From: Thermoanaerobaculia bacterium
Lineage (GTDB): Bacteria; Acidobacteriota; Thermoanaerobaculia; UBA5066
NCBI GenBank assembly: GCA_963719225.1
Contig: CAVRAY010000001.1
Span: 512,001-576,000, forward strand
Reading direction: 5' to 3'
Length of the DNA: 64,000 bases
Below the pieces are notes generated by a model. The model did not search any database and was not told the origin of the DNA. It saw only the letters and a list, made by a program, of their open reading frames with translations. Positions 47,068 through 58,073 of this stretch are shown here, piece after piece (position 1 is the stretch's first letter; the number at the start of each line of letters is the position of its first letter). A program made the translations under genes and the position numbers.

Positions 47068-47845
47068 ATGATGAGCGTTACGCTTCCGCTTGCCAGTCCC
47101 CCTCACCCGGCGCCCTCGCGTTCCGCGAGAGGATCGAGAGGATCGAGAGGATTCAGCCTCGTCGAGATGCTCGCGGTCGTCGCGATCCTAGGGATCATCG
47201 CCATCCTCGGCGGAGGCGAGATCTCCGAGGGCCTGGAAGCGCCAGAAGGTGCAGAGCGCCTCCACCGACATCAAGGTCCTGCTGCAGAGGGCGCTCCCGG
47301 AGATGCAGCGCCGGAACATGCGCACGTTCATCCAGGTCGGTCCCTTCACCACCGCGGGCGGGGCGCAGTGGATGCCGATATTCCTCGTGGGCGACGCGGA
47401 TGGGGACGGCGTCCTCTCCTGCTTCGCGAATCCGCCGACAGTGGCGTGTCCGGACCTCCTCATCTCGCAATACGACATCATCGTGGTGGGCAAGACCGGC
47501 ACGAAGGGGACGACGGGCGTGGACCAGGAGTTCAGCCTCTCCGACCTTGGCTTGAACCAGGTCGCGTCCACGCTCTGGTCGGACAACACGACGAACTGGC
47601 TCAATCCGCGCGTCCTCATGTGCGACTTCCAGGGGCGTGCCATCGACGTCCTGACGGGCCGGCAGATCGCAGGTCCCGCGACGATCGTTCTCACGCACGT
47701 GAACGTCGTCACCGGGGGCCTGAACCCCCTGACGCGTTACGTGATCAGCGTCAACCCGGTCTGGAGCGTCCGCGTCGCGAAGCAGACCACGGCGGGCCCG
47801 TTCCCGATCACGGCGGCGAACGTGTGGATGACCCAAAATGGCTGA
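47068..47845 (+). pseudogene. FimU/GspH-like minor pilin with +1 frameshift near 47225-47227 (pseudogene or sequence error)
   Basis: G|FSLVEMLAVVAILGII is in frame 1 and the body RAWKRQKVQSAS...DFQGRA is in frame 2; removing one base from TCCG restores EISRAWKRQ. Confidence 0.8.
47126..47152 (+). repeat. (CGAGAGGAT)x3 tandem repeat in prepilin leader
   Basis: Three perfect 9-bp units ending at the G|F cleavage site. Confidence 0.9.
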
Positions 47846-48392
47846 GCGCGGCGCCCGGCGCGCGCGCCGGACCGGCGCATCCTCCCGTCGTGGCAGCAGC
47901 TTCGTCGAAGTGCTTCTCGCCATGACCATCATGGCCCTCGTGCTCGTGGGCATCCTCCAGATGTTCTCGGTTTCGCTTCTGATCAACAAGGGTGCCGCGG
48001 CGCGCACGCAGATGCTCTTCAAGTGCCAGCAGGTCGTCGAGAACATCCGCTGGTATTACTACGTGACGTCGCACAGCCTCGCGACGCCGCTCACGACGGG
48101 CATCCCTGCGCTGGGCGCGACCACGGTGAACCTGCCGTACGACGGGACAGAGGCCGAATACCCTTACTGGGGTCCGACCGGAGCGAACGTGATCGAGAGG
48201 CCCAACGGCCCGTACAAGATCAGCTACACGATCGTCAACGACGCGGCGCAGACGCTGAACAGCGGCGTCAACGTCTGGGTGATCACGGTTTCCGCGGTGC
48301 CGACGGACGTCGCCGGCGCCACGCGCTACCTGGGAATCGGCACGAACGGCGGCGGCAAGAGAGTGGACTATGTGGCGCAATTCACGCAGTAA
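47838..48392 (+). CDS. PilV-like minor pilin
   Basis: RRG|SSFVEVLLAMTIMALVLVGI; second position in the fimU-V-W-X-Y1 order. Confidence 0.82.
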   Translation: MAERGARRARRTGASSRRGSSFVEVLLAMTIMALVLVGILQMFSVSLLINKGAAARTQMLFKCQQVVENIRWYYYVTSHSLATPLTTGIPALGATTVNLPYDGTEAEYPYWGPTGANVIERPNGPYKISYTIVNDAAQTLNSGVNVWVITVSAVPTDVAGATRYLGIGTNGGGKRVDYVAQFTQ

Positions 48393-49776
48393 CGAGCCGC
48401 GACTTCGCGACGAGCGGCGCCGCCGTCCGTCCCGGGGATTCACGCTTCTCGAGGCGATGGTCTCGCTGCTGCTCCTCGTGATCGTCCTCGTCGTGGCGAT
48501 GACGATGCTCTTCCAGATGCGCGCCTTCGCGGAGCGGCAGCAGTACTTCATGCTCCCCCGCCAGGCGGCGCGCCGGGCCGCCGATTACCTCTCGTTCTAT
48601 TTCGCCGGCGCGTCCGACATCAACTACATCGATGCCACGCATCCGAGCCCGAACGCGCTGATCATGTCTTACAACCTGAACGGAGTCCTGACGCAGGCGT
48701 CGTACAACAACCTCACGGGAGTCGGCGCCGACGAGCCGGGAAACGCCGTGCTGCCGGCGAGCGGCCTCAGGCCGGCGAACACCTCGACCCGGTTCGGCGA
48801 CATTGGAACCGACGTCATCACGATGGTGAGCCCGTTCAGTCCCGGCCGGTACCAGGTCTTCGCGCCGTTTCCGGCCCTCGGTCCTGGCGTCGACCTGTGG
48901 TTCAACTACCGGGTCGCCTGCGGCCCCGGGCCCTTCAACGCCGCGACGGACGCCGCGAACCTGGCGTCCTTCAAGGCCGACACGGGTTTCGACGGGGCAC
49001 AGAGCACCCTGCTGATGCTCGTCGACCGGAACGGCAACTGGTCGTACGTGCGCATCCCGGCCGCGGGCTATCAGACGGACGGAACCTGCGCGGACGTGGC
49101 CACGTTCAAGAACATCCACGTGACGGTCGATACGGCCTCGGCGACGCTTCCCTCGGCCCCGAACCCGACCGGAGCCGTGGTCTCACCCTTCGTGGATCCC
49201 GTTTACCTCGTCACCGGCCTCCAGGTCATCTCCTTCCGCATCCTCACGGACGACGTCGATGGCCTTCCGAAGCTGCAGCAGAAGCTCGGGCTTTTCGATC
49301 CGGCGACGGACAACCCGGGGAACGCCTTCACGAACGTCATGGAGAACGTCGAAGACCTGCAGGTCGCGTACATGTTCTCGCAGAATGCCGCCGTCGGAAC
49401 GGGAGACAACCCGCTCGTCTGGAACTCGGCCTCGCAGACGATCGACCAGGGCTGCCCGGGGCCGGGGTGCAACATTCCCTTCCAGGCGGGGCCGAGCGGG
49501 GCGCCTCCCGCGCTCGACATCTCGAACGTGATCGGGGTGCGGGTCTCGGTCACCGGGCGCTCGCCGCTCCTGCCGCTCGCGGCCCAGCAAATCACGAACG
49601 TGCGCGCCAATGACGCGCTCTCGGCAAACCCCCTCGACACCCCGAACCAGCACTTCCGCCCGCTCTCCGAGGACCACGCCATCACGATCGTGGCCGGAAA
49701 GCCGCAGTACGACCTGTTCGACCACTATCGCGCGACCGCCACGCTCCTTCTTCGCAACCGGATTCCGAGGGGATGA
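48370..49776 (+). CDS. PilW-like minor pilin
   Basis: RG|FTLLEAMVSLLLL, ENVEDLQVAY, GVRVSVTGR, C-terminal LRN. Confidence 0.85.
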   Translation: MWRNSRSNEPRLRDERRRRPSRGFTLLEAMVSLLLLVIVLVVAMTMLFQMRAFAERQQYFMLPRQAARRAADYLSFYFAGASDINYIDATHPSPNALIMSYNLNGVLTQASYNNLTGVGADEPGNAVLPASGLRPANTSTRFGDIGTDVITMVSPFSPGRYQVFAPFPALGPGVDLWFNYRVACGPGPFNAATDAANLASFKADTGFDGAQSTLLMLVDRNGNWSYVRIPAAGYQTDGTCADVATFKNIHVTVDTASATLPSAPNPTGAVVSPFVDPVYLVTGLQVISFRILTDDVDGLPKLQQKLGLFDPATDNPGNAFTNVMENVEDLQVAYMFSQNAAVGTGDNPLVWNSASQTIDQGCPGPGCNIPFQAGPSGAPPALDISNVIGVRVSVTGRSPLLPLAAQQITNVRANDALSANPLDTPNQHFRPLSEDHAITIVAGKPQYDLFDHYRATATLLLRNRIPRG

Positions 49777-50411
49777 TGAGAGAACGCGGCAGCGCCCTCG
49801 TCTCGGTGATCCTCGTCCTCCTCGTCCTGACGATCGTGGGCGTCGGCATCGCGTACTTCACGTCCATGGAGGACCGCCTCTCGGGGAACACGCGCATCAC
49901 GAAGGCGGGCTTCTACGCGGCGGACGCCGGCCTGAGGCGGGGCGAAGAGCTCCTCACGGAGGTCATCACGCTCGACCCGACGACCTGCGGCGCCCAGAGT
50001 CTCTCGGCTCTCCTCCTGGCGCGCACACCACCGGTCCTCAAGGTGCCCGGCGGCGGGTACGACGCCCAGGTGCTGGACCTCTCGACGACCGCGAACGTCG
50101 CCTGCCTCGGGCTGGACCGCCGGGCCTACCTGAACGTCCCGATCCCGCCGCCCGCCGGAGTCTCCGTCGTGGATCAGGTCTCGTACTCGCTCTACCTCCG
50201 CAACAACGTGGACGACGCGTCGGGCACGGACGTCCTCGACAGCGACAACATCATCAACCTCGTCTCGGTCGGAACGGTGCGGCTCACGGCCGGCGTCGTC
50301 GTGACGAAGATCGTCGAAGAACAGCTCCTCCTGACGGCGGGCGGCAGCTCGACCGGAGCCCAGAAAGACGTGAACGCCGGCGGAACGAACACCATCACCG
50401 GAAGCACGTGA
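49773..50411 (+). CDS. PilX-like minor pilin
   Basis: RG|[17 protein letters not shown] (no E5), SGN.R....FYAADAGL. Confidence 0.87.
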   Translation: MMRERGSALVSVILVLLVLTIVGVGIAYFTSMEDRLSGNTRITKAGFYAADAGLRRGEELLTEVITLDPTTCGAQSLSALLLARTPPVLKVPGGGYDAQVLDLSTTANVACLGLDRRAYLNVPIPPPAGVSVVDQVSYSLYLRNNVDDASGTDVLDSDNIINLVSVGTVRLTAGVVVTKIVEEQLLLTAGGSSTGAQKDVNAGGTNTITGST

Positions 50412-50423
50412 TCGGATGACATC

Positions 50424-53400
50424 ATGACGAAACCTCGCCGCCCCTTCACCCTTCCGATCACCGTGAGGAAGGCGTGCGCCTTCCTGCTTCTCTTCGCGAT
50501 GATCTTCGGCGGAGCGGGGACCCTCCAGGGGGCGACGAGAACCGAAGGGTTGGACCCCCTTCGCCAGATCACCGCACAGCTCCTCCGCGCGAACCTCCTC
50601 ATCCTCCAGGACGTCAGCGGCTCGATGCGGTGGGACGTGCACGCCCACTCCCTCATCGAAGACGAGGATTCCGTCGGCCGGCTCGTCTGGAGCGTCACGT
50701 GCCTCGACGGGAACCCCGGCCCGACGCCGACGCCCACCGTCACGCCGACCGAGACGCCGACGCAGACCCCCACGATCACACCGACCTCCACGGAAACGGC
50801 GACCCCCACGCCAACCCCGACGTCGACGCCGACCGAGACGTCCACGCCGACGTTCACGCCGACTCTCACGCAGACACCGACGGAGACGCCGACCCCCACC
50901 CCGACGTTCACGCCGACCGTGACGCCGACCTCGACGGTCACGCCCACGCTGACACCCTCGGGAACGCCGACGTTCACGCCGACGGTGACGCCGACCTGGA
51001 CGGCCTCGAACACGCCCACCGTGACACCGACCAGTACGCTCACGGGGACGCCGACGAATACCCCGACCGTGACGCCGACGAGCACGCCGTCGCGGACGCC
51101 GACGATCACACGGACGCCCACGCGGACGCCCACGGTTACCCGGACGCCCACGATCACGCGGACGCCGACGCGGACCCCCACCAGAACGAGGACGCCGACG
51201 CGGACGCCCACGAACACGCCGTCGCGGACGCCGTCGCGGACCCCCACGCCCACGAACACGCCCACGGCGCTGCCGACGGGGACGCCGACGAACACGCCGA
51301 CGGCGACGCCGACGGGAACGCCCACGAATACGCCCACCGTGACCCCCACGGGGACGCCGACGGGCACGCCGACGGTGACGCCGACGCCCACGAACACGCC
51401 CACGGTCACTCCGACCTCGACGGTGACGCAGACGCCGACGGTCACCCGGACGCCGACGCGCACGCCCACACCGACGGTCACGCCGACGTTGACGCCGACC
51501 CCGACCGTCACGCCGACGGGAACACCGACGAGGACGCCGACGATCACGCCCACGTCGACGATCACGCCGACCGTGACGCCGACGAATACGCCCTCGTTCA
51601 CGCCGACGCGCACGCCGACGCTGACGCCGACGCCGACGCGGACTCCGACGTTGACGCCGACCGTCACGCCGACCGGCACTCCGACGTCGACGCCGACGCC
51701 GACGACGACGCCGTCGAGTACGCCAACGCGGACGCCCACCTTCACCGAGACGCCGACGGCCACGCCCACGACCACGCCGACGCGGACTCCGACGGTCAAG
51801 ATCAACGAGCTCGGGGTTCCGAGAAACCCGCTCGTGAAGCCGGACGATCGCCAGCCGGTCCAGGCCGCGGCGGGACGGCATGGCCTGCCTGAGCCGGTCG
51901 CGCTCGTCGCGTGGAACGGATCGCGTCCGGGGCCCAGGAACCTGGCTTCGGATTCCGACTCGTTCGAGACCCTTCTCCCGCGCGAGCCTCATGGAGTCTC
52001 GATGGGCATCGCAGCTCTCATGGCCGCCGCCACGCCCACTCCCACGCCGATCGCGGCCGGCCTCGGATGCCACCGCTGGCGCTACGCGCTCCGGTGGGAG
52101 GAGCCCTCGCGCCTCGCGATCCTCAAGAACGTCCTGGGCAATTCCGTGACGACGTACACGGACTACAAGGCGCCCGGGAACGGGGACCAGGACGACTGGC
52201 CGGATCCGATCGCCCACAGCGAAATCCCGAACGCATGGAGATATACGGCCCCCTCACAGCCGACGGTGGGAATCTACGATCACGACTGTGGAGTCGGGCT
52301 GCCGGCCTGTGCGGCGCCGACCGCGACGGACGTCGAAGGCGAGCGGCCGGGAATCTACTACTCGAAGGGAACCTGGAACTGGCCCGACCCGAACTCGCCG
52401 TTCCTGTCCTCCGCATACGACTCGGCGCATCCTCCGATCTACCACCCGGGCGCCGATACGACGGGGTCGCTCATTTACGAGGATGCCCCGGTAGACCTCT
52501 TTGGGAATCCGCTCCCGCCGACGGTCTTCCTGGCCGCGCCGTATGGAACCGCCGGGACGTACGACGGCTGGGCCTGGACGTTGAACTACGGCTACGGGCC
52601 CGCTCCGAACAACGACATCGTCTACGGTCCCGATCCCGGTCCGCCCCTGACGCTCATGGACGAGACGACGGACAATTCATGCGGACTGGGATGCGGGAAC
52701 TCCATCCCGCAAGTGACGGGTACACCACTCTCCTTCCCGTCGACGTGGACGACCCGAGGAGGGGGCCTCCTCGGGGCGCAGACGCAGACATCGAAGCCGA
52801 ACGATCCGGCCGTGACCCTGTTCGCCGGCACCAACCAGCCCTCCTGGACCGTGAACCTCCACCGCGATGTCGTGGGCACGACGAAAGACGTCGTGAACTG
52901 GGGCCTCATGACGTACTACAGTCTCGGCACAACCCCCGCAAGCGCGGTTTATGACCCAAAAGTGACTGTCACGACCATCGACACTGGTCCCGGAGACGTT
53001 ACGGCCATCGAGGGCTTCATGCGCCTGAGGTACTCCAACTCGATGCCGTATCCGGGCCTCGCGGTGAACGGCGGGACGCCCACGAAGGGTGCTATCGGCG
53101 CCGCGGATTCCTCCCTCAACGCGACGTGGGACCTGGACCCGAAGAAGGCGTGCAACCGGGCCTACGGAATCATCATGTGCACGGACGGCCAGTCGAACGT
53201 CACCAACACGGGCAGCCTGCCGGATTCCTTCTGGGACTCGACGACGACGCCGTGCGCCCCGGACGTCAACGGGCTCGACTTCGACAAGTTCCCACCGGGC
53301 GCCGCGGAGCTCGCGTACCTGAACGCGCACCAGGCGGGGCCGGGCGACGCCGTCATCCGCACGCGGACGTTCGCGATCGGAATCTCGTCCGACATCTCGC

Positions 53401-55826
53401 GGTGCGAGCTGAACCGCACCGCCTACCGCGGCCGCACGGATGCGAACGCGAAGAAGAGGGACGCCGGGTTCGTCCTCTACGATCCGACTGACCCGCCGGT
53501 CCTGCGCGGGGACGTCCGCTTGCCGCACATCAACCCCGCTCCCGATATCGCTGGGACGACGGTTCCTACGAACGAGAGCGGACCGGGAAGCCCGCCTGCG
53601 CCGAACCGGTTCGGTCCGGACCAGACTCCTGCGGACAACAGGGACTACGCTTTCTTCGCGAGCGACGCCCGCGCCCTCTTCGACGCCTTCCTCGCGATCG
53701 TGCGAGGCTCGGCGAGCGGCGACTACACGACGAGCGCCCCCGTCTCGGGCGCGGCCGTCAGCCTCGGGAACACGGTCGTCCTGACCTCGGCGACGTACCC
53801 GCTCTGGCAGGGCCACATCTATGCGAAGGACACGACGAACCCGCTCGCGATCGTCGATCTCTGGGATGCGGGAGACGTCCTGAAGAACCCGTCTCAGCCA
53901 TGGCATCCGACGCCCGCGAACCGGGAGCTCTATACGTGGGATCCGGTCACGGGCACCCTGATCCCGATCATCGCGGGCAATGCCGGGACCATCGACGCCC
54001 TGTGCGGCGGCTGCGGGATCACGGCCACTGTCGTCGATTTCATGCGTGGAATCGACACGCGGGTTCAGATTTTTGACGATACCCTGAAGACGTGGGTGGC
54101 CAATCCAAATTTTGGACTTCCGCGCAACTGGCTCCTGGGCCCGTCCATCAACGTGACGCCCGCGATCGTGGGCGCCGCGCAGCAGTACTTCCAGGCGGGC
54201 AACGTCCAGAACCACAAGCCTTTCGAGGCGGCGTATGCGACGCGGCGTGCGATCGCGTGGCTCGGCGCCGACGACGGGTTCCTGCACGCATTCGATTTCG
54301 GGGACAAGACCAACCCGGGGGACGGCGCCGAGGTGCTCGGCCTCCTGCCGCCGAACCAGATCGCGAACCAGGTCACGCTCTACAACACCTTCCTCGATCC
54401 GGACCCGCAGATCTCGACGGACACGGGGCAGAACGCCGGCTTCCTGTTCGAGGAGCACACCTGGGGCATCGCGAGCTCCCTGAGGTTCGCGGACGTGTGG
54501 TTCGGCGCTCCGACGAACGCCTACAAGACGGTCGGATTCCTCACCGAGGGACCGGGAGGCGACCTCATCGCGGCGATCGACATCACGCACCCCTATGGGA
54601 ATCTGCTGGCGAGGCCGTCCGTCTCGCCGGACCCGAACTACGGCTCGTTCATCGGCCCGAACGCGGGGAGGCCGGTCGACATCCTCTGGACGAAGAGCTC
54701 GGCGGACTACGCCGGCCTCTTCGGCTCCTGGAGCGTCCCGGCCGTCGCGAACGACACGTTCTCGACGAGCAAGATGACGTTCGGCGCCGGCATCAACCCG
54801 ACGAGCCTCTACAACGCGCAGCAGGACGCGAACGTCTTCGTCGTCGATCCGGTGGACGGCACGCTCCAGTCGACGACCGTGGTCGCGCCCCAGGCGGTGC
54901 CGGCCCCGCTCGTCGGCCACCAGACGTTCACCGATTCGATCCTCTTCCAGACGAACGCCCCGGGCTTCCAGAACGACAACCTGGCGAATCTCTCGCTCCA
55001 GGGCGACACGAACGGCCGCGTCAACGCGCTCTTCGGGAACTGGTCGGCTCCGACCCCGAGCGTCCTCATCGACCTCAACGCCGCCGTGGGAGGCTTCCCG
55101 CAGCCGCTCTACTATTCGCCCGCCGCGAACGGAATCGGAACGCTCGGCTTCCAGGTCTACGCTCTCGCGAGCGGCAGCTTCTACGAGACGAGCCCGGCCG
55201 TCTCGGGGTGGAACGTGAACCGGATCGGACCCCCTCCCGTCTCCGCGCCCCCGTCTCCGAGCGACTATCCCAGCACGCTCCCCGTCTTCACTCCGACGCT
55301 TTTCGTCGCGACGAACCCGTACAAGATCACCGATCCCCTCTTCGGCACGACGCCGCTCGGTTCGGGAGCCCTGGCGCCGCACGTCATCAGCAAGGTCATC
55401 GGCGGCGAGAGCACCGGAATTCCGCTCCAGGTGACCGATCCGACATACGTGGCGGGTATCCATACGCGTCTCGGCATCCACACGCAGGTCACCTCGTCGC
55501 CGCTTCTCGTCGGGAACGTGACGTCGTCGAAACAGCACGTCTTCTTCACCGTCTTCGATCCCGACTACGGCTGCAACGGGTACTCGTACGTCATCGACGT
55601 CGAGTTCACGATCTCGGCGGGAGCCCCGCCGGCCTTCAGCGCGACGACTGTCTACGCCGCCGGCGCGGGAGCCGCGTCCGGGTTCGTCGTGACCGAGAAC
55701 GGCGCGTTCATCGGACAGAGCGGCGTCGGAAAGAACGAGGCGACGCTCATCCAGGTCAACATACCGAAACCTTCCCTGCCTGGCGCGCCGCACTTCCAAC
55801 CCACGTGGTGGAACCAGAAGAGCTAA
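50424..55826 (+). CDS. PilY1-like tip adhesin (vWA + beta-propeller) with long Thr/Pro insertion
   Basis: Signal peptide; vWA elements [34 protein letters not shown]; PilY1 motif [11 protein letters not shown]...EVLGLLP. Confidence 0.87.
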   Translation: MTKPRRPFTLPITVRKACAFLLLFAMIFGGAGTLQGATRTEGLDPLRQITAQLLRANLLILQDVSGSMRWDVHAHSLIEDEDSVGRLVWSVTCLDGNPGPTPTPTVTPTETPTQTPTITPTSTETATPTPTPTSTPTETSTPTFTPTLTQTPTETPTPTPTFTPTVTPTSTVTPTLTPSGTPTFTPTVTPTWTASNTPTVTPTSTLTGTPTNTPTVTPTSTPSRTPTITRTPTRTPTVTRTPTITRTPTRTPTRTRTPTRTPTNTPSRTPSRTPTPTNTPTALPTGTPTNTPTATPTGTPTNTPTVTPTGTPTGTPTVTPTPTNTPTVTPTSTVTQTPTVTRTPTRTPTPTVTPTLTPTPTVTPTGTPTRTPTITPTSTITPTVTPTNTPSFTPTRTPTLTPTPTRTPTLTPTVTPTGTPTSTPTPTTTPSSTPTRTPTFTETPTATPTTTPTRTPTVKINELGVPRNPLVKPDDRQPVQAAAGRHGLPEPVALVAWNGSRPGPRNLASDSDSFETLLPREPHGVSMGIAALMAAATPTPTPIAAGLGCHRWRYALRWEEPSRLAILKNVLGNSVTTYTDYKAPGNGDQDDWPDPIAHSEIPNAWRYTAPSQPTVGIYDHDCGVGLPACAAPTATDVEGERPGIYYSKGTWNWPDPNSPFLSSAYDSAHPPIYHPGADTTGSLIYEDAPVDLFGNPLPPTVFLAAPYGTAGTYDGWAWTLNYGYGPAPNNDIVYGPDPGPPLTLMDETTDNSCGLGCGNSIPQVTGTPLSFPSTWTTRGGGLLGAQTQTSKPNDPAVTLFAGTNQPSWTVNLHRDVVGTTKDVVNWGLMTYYSLGTTPASAVYDPKVTVTTIDTGPGDVTAIEGFMRLRYSNSMPYPGLAVNGGTPTKGAIGAADSSLNATWDLDPKKACNRAYGIIMCTDGQSNVTNTGSLPDSFWDSTTTPCAPDVNGLDFDKFPPGAAELAYLNAHQAGPGDAVIRTRTFAIGISSDISRCELNRTAYRGRTDANAKKRDAGFVLYDPTDPPVLRGDVRLPHINPAPDIAGTTVPTNESGPGSPPAPNRFGPDQTPADNRDYAFFASDARALFDAFLAIVRGSASGDYTTSAPVSGAAVSLGNTVVLTSATYPLWQGHIYAKDTTNPLAIVDLWDAGDVLKNPSQPWHPTPANRELYTWDPVTGTLIPIIAGNAGTIDALCGGCGITATVVDFMRGIDTRVQIFDDTLKTWVANPNFGLPRNWLLGPSINVTPAIVGAAQQYFQAGNVQNHKPFEAAYATRRAIAWLGADDGFLHAFDFGDKTNPGDGAEVLGLLPPNQIANQVTLYNTFLDPDPQISTDTGQNAGFLFEEHTWGIASSLRFADVWFGAPTNAYKTVGFLTEGPGGDLIAAIDITHPYGNLLARPSVSPDPNYGSFIGPNAGRPVDILWTKSSADYAGLFGSWSVPAVANDTFSTSKMTFGAGINPTSLYNAQQDANVFVVDPVDGTLQSTTVVAPQAVPAPLVGHQTFTDSILFQTNAPGFQNDNLANLSLQGDTNGRVNALFGNWSAPTPSVLIDLNAAVGGFPQPLYYSPAANGIGTLGFQVYALASGSFYETSPAVSGWNVNRIGPPPVSAPPSPSDYPSTLPVFTPTLFVATNPYKITDPLFGTTPLGSGALAPHVISKVIGGESTGIPLQVTDPTYVAGIHTRLGIHTQVTSSPLLVGNVTSSKQHVFFTVFDPDYGCNGYSYVIDVEFTISAGAPPAFSATTVYAAGAGAASGFVVTENGAFIGQSGVGKNEATLIQVNIPKPSLPGAPHFQPTWWNQKS
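50721..51797 (+). repeat. Degenerate ACG-CCG (Thr-Pro) coding repeat, ~360 codons
   Basis: Continuous PTxT / TPTxTx units within the PilY1 frame. Confidence 0.95.
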
Positions 55827-55867
55827 GCGCCGGGGGGCGGGACGAAACCTTCGGCTAGACTCCGCGC

Positions 55868-57106
55868 GTGGTCGCGGGGGCGAGGCCGTTCCTCAAGGAG
55901 AGTGGGTTCTCCGTGCGAGAGCTCACTCTCTCGCTCCTTCTCCTGGGGGTCGTCATCGTCGTCGCGGTCAGGCTGATCGACCTCAGGACGAAGCTCCTCC
56001 TCGTCGAAAAGGACGTTCCCGGCACGGCCGGAGTTCTGGACGTCGCCGTTCGCCTGATCTCGCGTGATCTCGAGAGCGCCGTTCACGGCGGCGTCGCCCG
56101 TTCCGAGGCCGTGCGCCCGGTCGAGGACAACACGAGCGCCGCGGGCGTCACCTCGTACCGCGACGCCGCGGGAGGAGCCGTGGCGGTTCGCCCCGGCACC
56201 GACCAGCTGCGCCTTCGAGGCGTGATTCGGTCGCCCCGGCTCGACGTGGAGTCCCCGCTGGACGGTGCGGGCGTCCCGGACCGGATCCTGAAGAACGCCT
56301 CCTCGGTGCCTCTCCGGGCCGGTCCGCCGGCGGGGGACCGTGACGCGACGAGAAGCCTTCAGTCCGTGATCGAGCATCTCGGAGACCCCGCGCGGCGCTC
56401 GAAGCGTTTCTTTCTCGTGATCGATGCTTCGGGTCGCCATGCCGCCGCGCTCGTCAAATCGTGGAGTCGTGCTCCCGCCCCGGGCCAGACTCTGGAGCTT
56501 CTCCTCGACTTCACGGATTCGGACGCGGTCGGTCTGAACCCGGGCGGCGAAGCGGGTGCCGCCCGCTCGCTCTCGCGGGTGGTGAGCGGGGGGGTCCTGG
56601 ACGACCTCGTATGGTTCGCGGCCCAGGGTCCTGAAGGGCAGCCTCCGGATTACGACGCAACCCGCGATCCGCCGTCGTTGAGGTTTCCCCATCCTTACCT
56701 GGCGGTCGCCGCGTTCGCGGGCGAGGGCCGCTGGGAGATCGCGCGCGTGGGCGAGGACCTCGAGGATCTCCAGGTCGCCTGGGGGCTCGGCGGCGCGGGA
56801 GGCGCGCTCGTGTGGCGGGGAGACGTCCCCGGGAGCCCGGCGCCGAAGGTGGAAGAGCTCGTGGACGCCGCCGGGAAGCCGCTTCTCGCCTCTCTCAAGA
56901 TCGCGATGACGGCCAAGGCGGAGCACCGCTACGTTCGGGGCGACGGTCCGCCGCCACCCCTGGATTTCGCTCCGCTCCTGAACGCGCCCGCGCCCGACCC
57001 TCAGCGCGGCTTCGGGCCGGTGGGTTGGAGCGCCGACGAGAGCCGGCGCATCCCGTTCGAGCGAACGACGCGCGAGGTCGTCATCCCGACTTCGGTCGGG
57101 CCGTGA
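55868..57106 (+). CDS. Second, divergent PilW-like pilin
   Basis: SG|FSVRELTLSLLLLGVV, ISRDL..A, GTD.L, EDLEDLQVAWG matching the upstream PilW motif. Confidence 0.72.
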   Translation: MVAGARPFLKESGFSVRELTLSLLLLGVVIVVAVRLIDLRTKLLLVEKDVPGTAGVLDVAVRLISRDLESAVHGGVARSEAVRPVEDNTSAAGVTSYRDAAGGAVAVRPGTDQLRLRGVIRSPRLDVESPLDGAGVPDRILKNASSVPLRAGPPAGDRDATRSLQSVIEHLGDPARRSKRFFLVIDASGRHAAALVKSWSRAPAPGQTLELLLDFTDSDAVGLNPGGEAGAARSLSRVVSGGVLDDLVWFAAQGPEGQPPDYDATRDPPSLRFPHPYLAVAAFAGEGRWEIARVGEDLEDLQVAWGLGGAGGALVWRGDVPGSPAPKVEELVDAAGKPLLASLKIAMTAKAEHRYVRGDGPPPPLDFAPLLNAPAPDPQRGFGPVGWSADESRRIPFERTTREVVIPTSVGP

Positions 57107-57156
57107 GGGGGAAAGGTGTAAAATACCGGGGCGAACACCCTCGGAAGGAGGTCTCG

Positions 57157-58053
57157 ATGCGACGGCTCCTGGTGGCGGTGGTTCTCGCGTGTCTCGCCGG
57201 CATCGCGGGAGCCGATGAGATCTGGCTCAGGGACGGTCGCCGGATCGTCACGAAAAAGCCTCTCGTCCAGAAAGGCAGCCTTGCGCTGCTCACGACGATG
57301 GACGGGGTCCTCATGTCGATCCCGCTTTCGGAGATCGACCTCGACAAGACGGCCGCCGAGAAGGCACGCCAGGCGGTGGCGACTCCCGTGCCCACGGCGA
57401 GCGTCCCGAAGCTCCTCACGCCCGCCGAGGCCGCCAGGCAGAAGAGCGGCCGCCGGGCGGCCGTCGTCCTCACGGACGACACCGTGGCGCACGGAATCGG
57501 CGAAGAGAGCGGCGGCGGGCAGAAGGAAGGCGAGGGCGAGGGCCGTGTCGACGTCGCGAACACTTCCGCCACGAAGACGAAGGACGGCTACTCTTTCTCC
57601 GGCTCCGTGATCAACGGCGGGGCCTCCGAGGTCTCCGGCGTCTCGGTCACGGTGGAGGTCGTCGGCAAGGATGGCAAGACGTCCTCCTCCGCGTTCGCGC
57701 AGTTGGCGAAGGACACGCTCGCGCCGGGCGAGAAGTCGACGTTCACGGCCTCGGCTCCGATGGAGGGCGAGGCGGCGTCGTACCGGTACATCCCCCGCTG
57801 GCAGGTCCGGATTCCGGTCAGAACGGCCACCGACTCGAAGGCACCCGAAGGCACGGCGCAGAAGCCCGAGACCGAAGCCGCGGCGGCGGCCGCGCCCGCC
57901 CCGACCCCGCCCCCGGTGCCCACGCTCGTGCCGATTCAGCGATCCGACGTCGCGCCGCCCGCGGCGAACGCTCCGACCGGAAATCCCGCCAGCGGCGCTT
58001 TCATTCCGCAGAACGACGTGACGAAGACGACGCCGAAACCTCCGGGCACCTGA
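57157..58053 (+). CDS. Secreted protein with FxLYD-like Ig domain
   Basis: AAGGAGG RBS, signal peptide, ADEIWLRDG, GSVIN.G....V.V....G...LAPGEKSTF. Confidence 0.72.
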   Translation: MRRLLVAVVLACLAGIAGADEIWLRDGRRIVTKKPLVQKGSLALLTTMDGVLMSIPLSEIDLDKTAAEKARQAVATPVPTASVPKLLTPAEAARQKSGRRAAVVLTDDTVAHGIGEESGGGQKEGEGEGRVDVANTSATKTKDGYSFSGSVINGGASEVSGVSVTVEVVGKDGKTSSSAFAQLAKDTLAPGEKSTFTASAPMEGEAASYRYIPRWQVRIPVRTATDSKAPEGTAQKPETEAAAAAAPAPTPPPVPTLVPIQRSDVAPPAANAPTGNPASGAFIPQNDVTKTTPKPPGT

Positions 58054-58073
58054 TTCCGGGTCTTCGGACTCTG

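Noticed and set aside
47050-47925. 291-aa pilin as given in the ORF track
   Set aside because: After residue ~59 it reads as off-frame sequence; the true body is in the 47249-47845 frame.
50721-51797. Possible CRISPR array or non-coding tandem repeat
   Set aside because: No constant repeat with unique spacers; variation is codon-wise, and no cas genes are present.
50192-51805. 537-aa Val/Gly-repeat ORF on the minus strand, plus His/Ala/Asp- and Arg-rich ORFs in other frames
   Set aside because: These are shadow translations of the Thr-Pro repeat in pilY1, which has the signal peptide and domain motifs.
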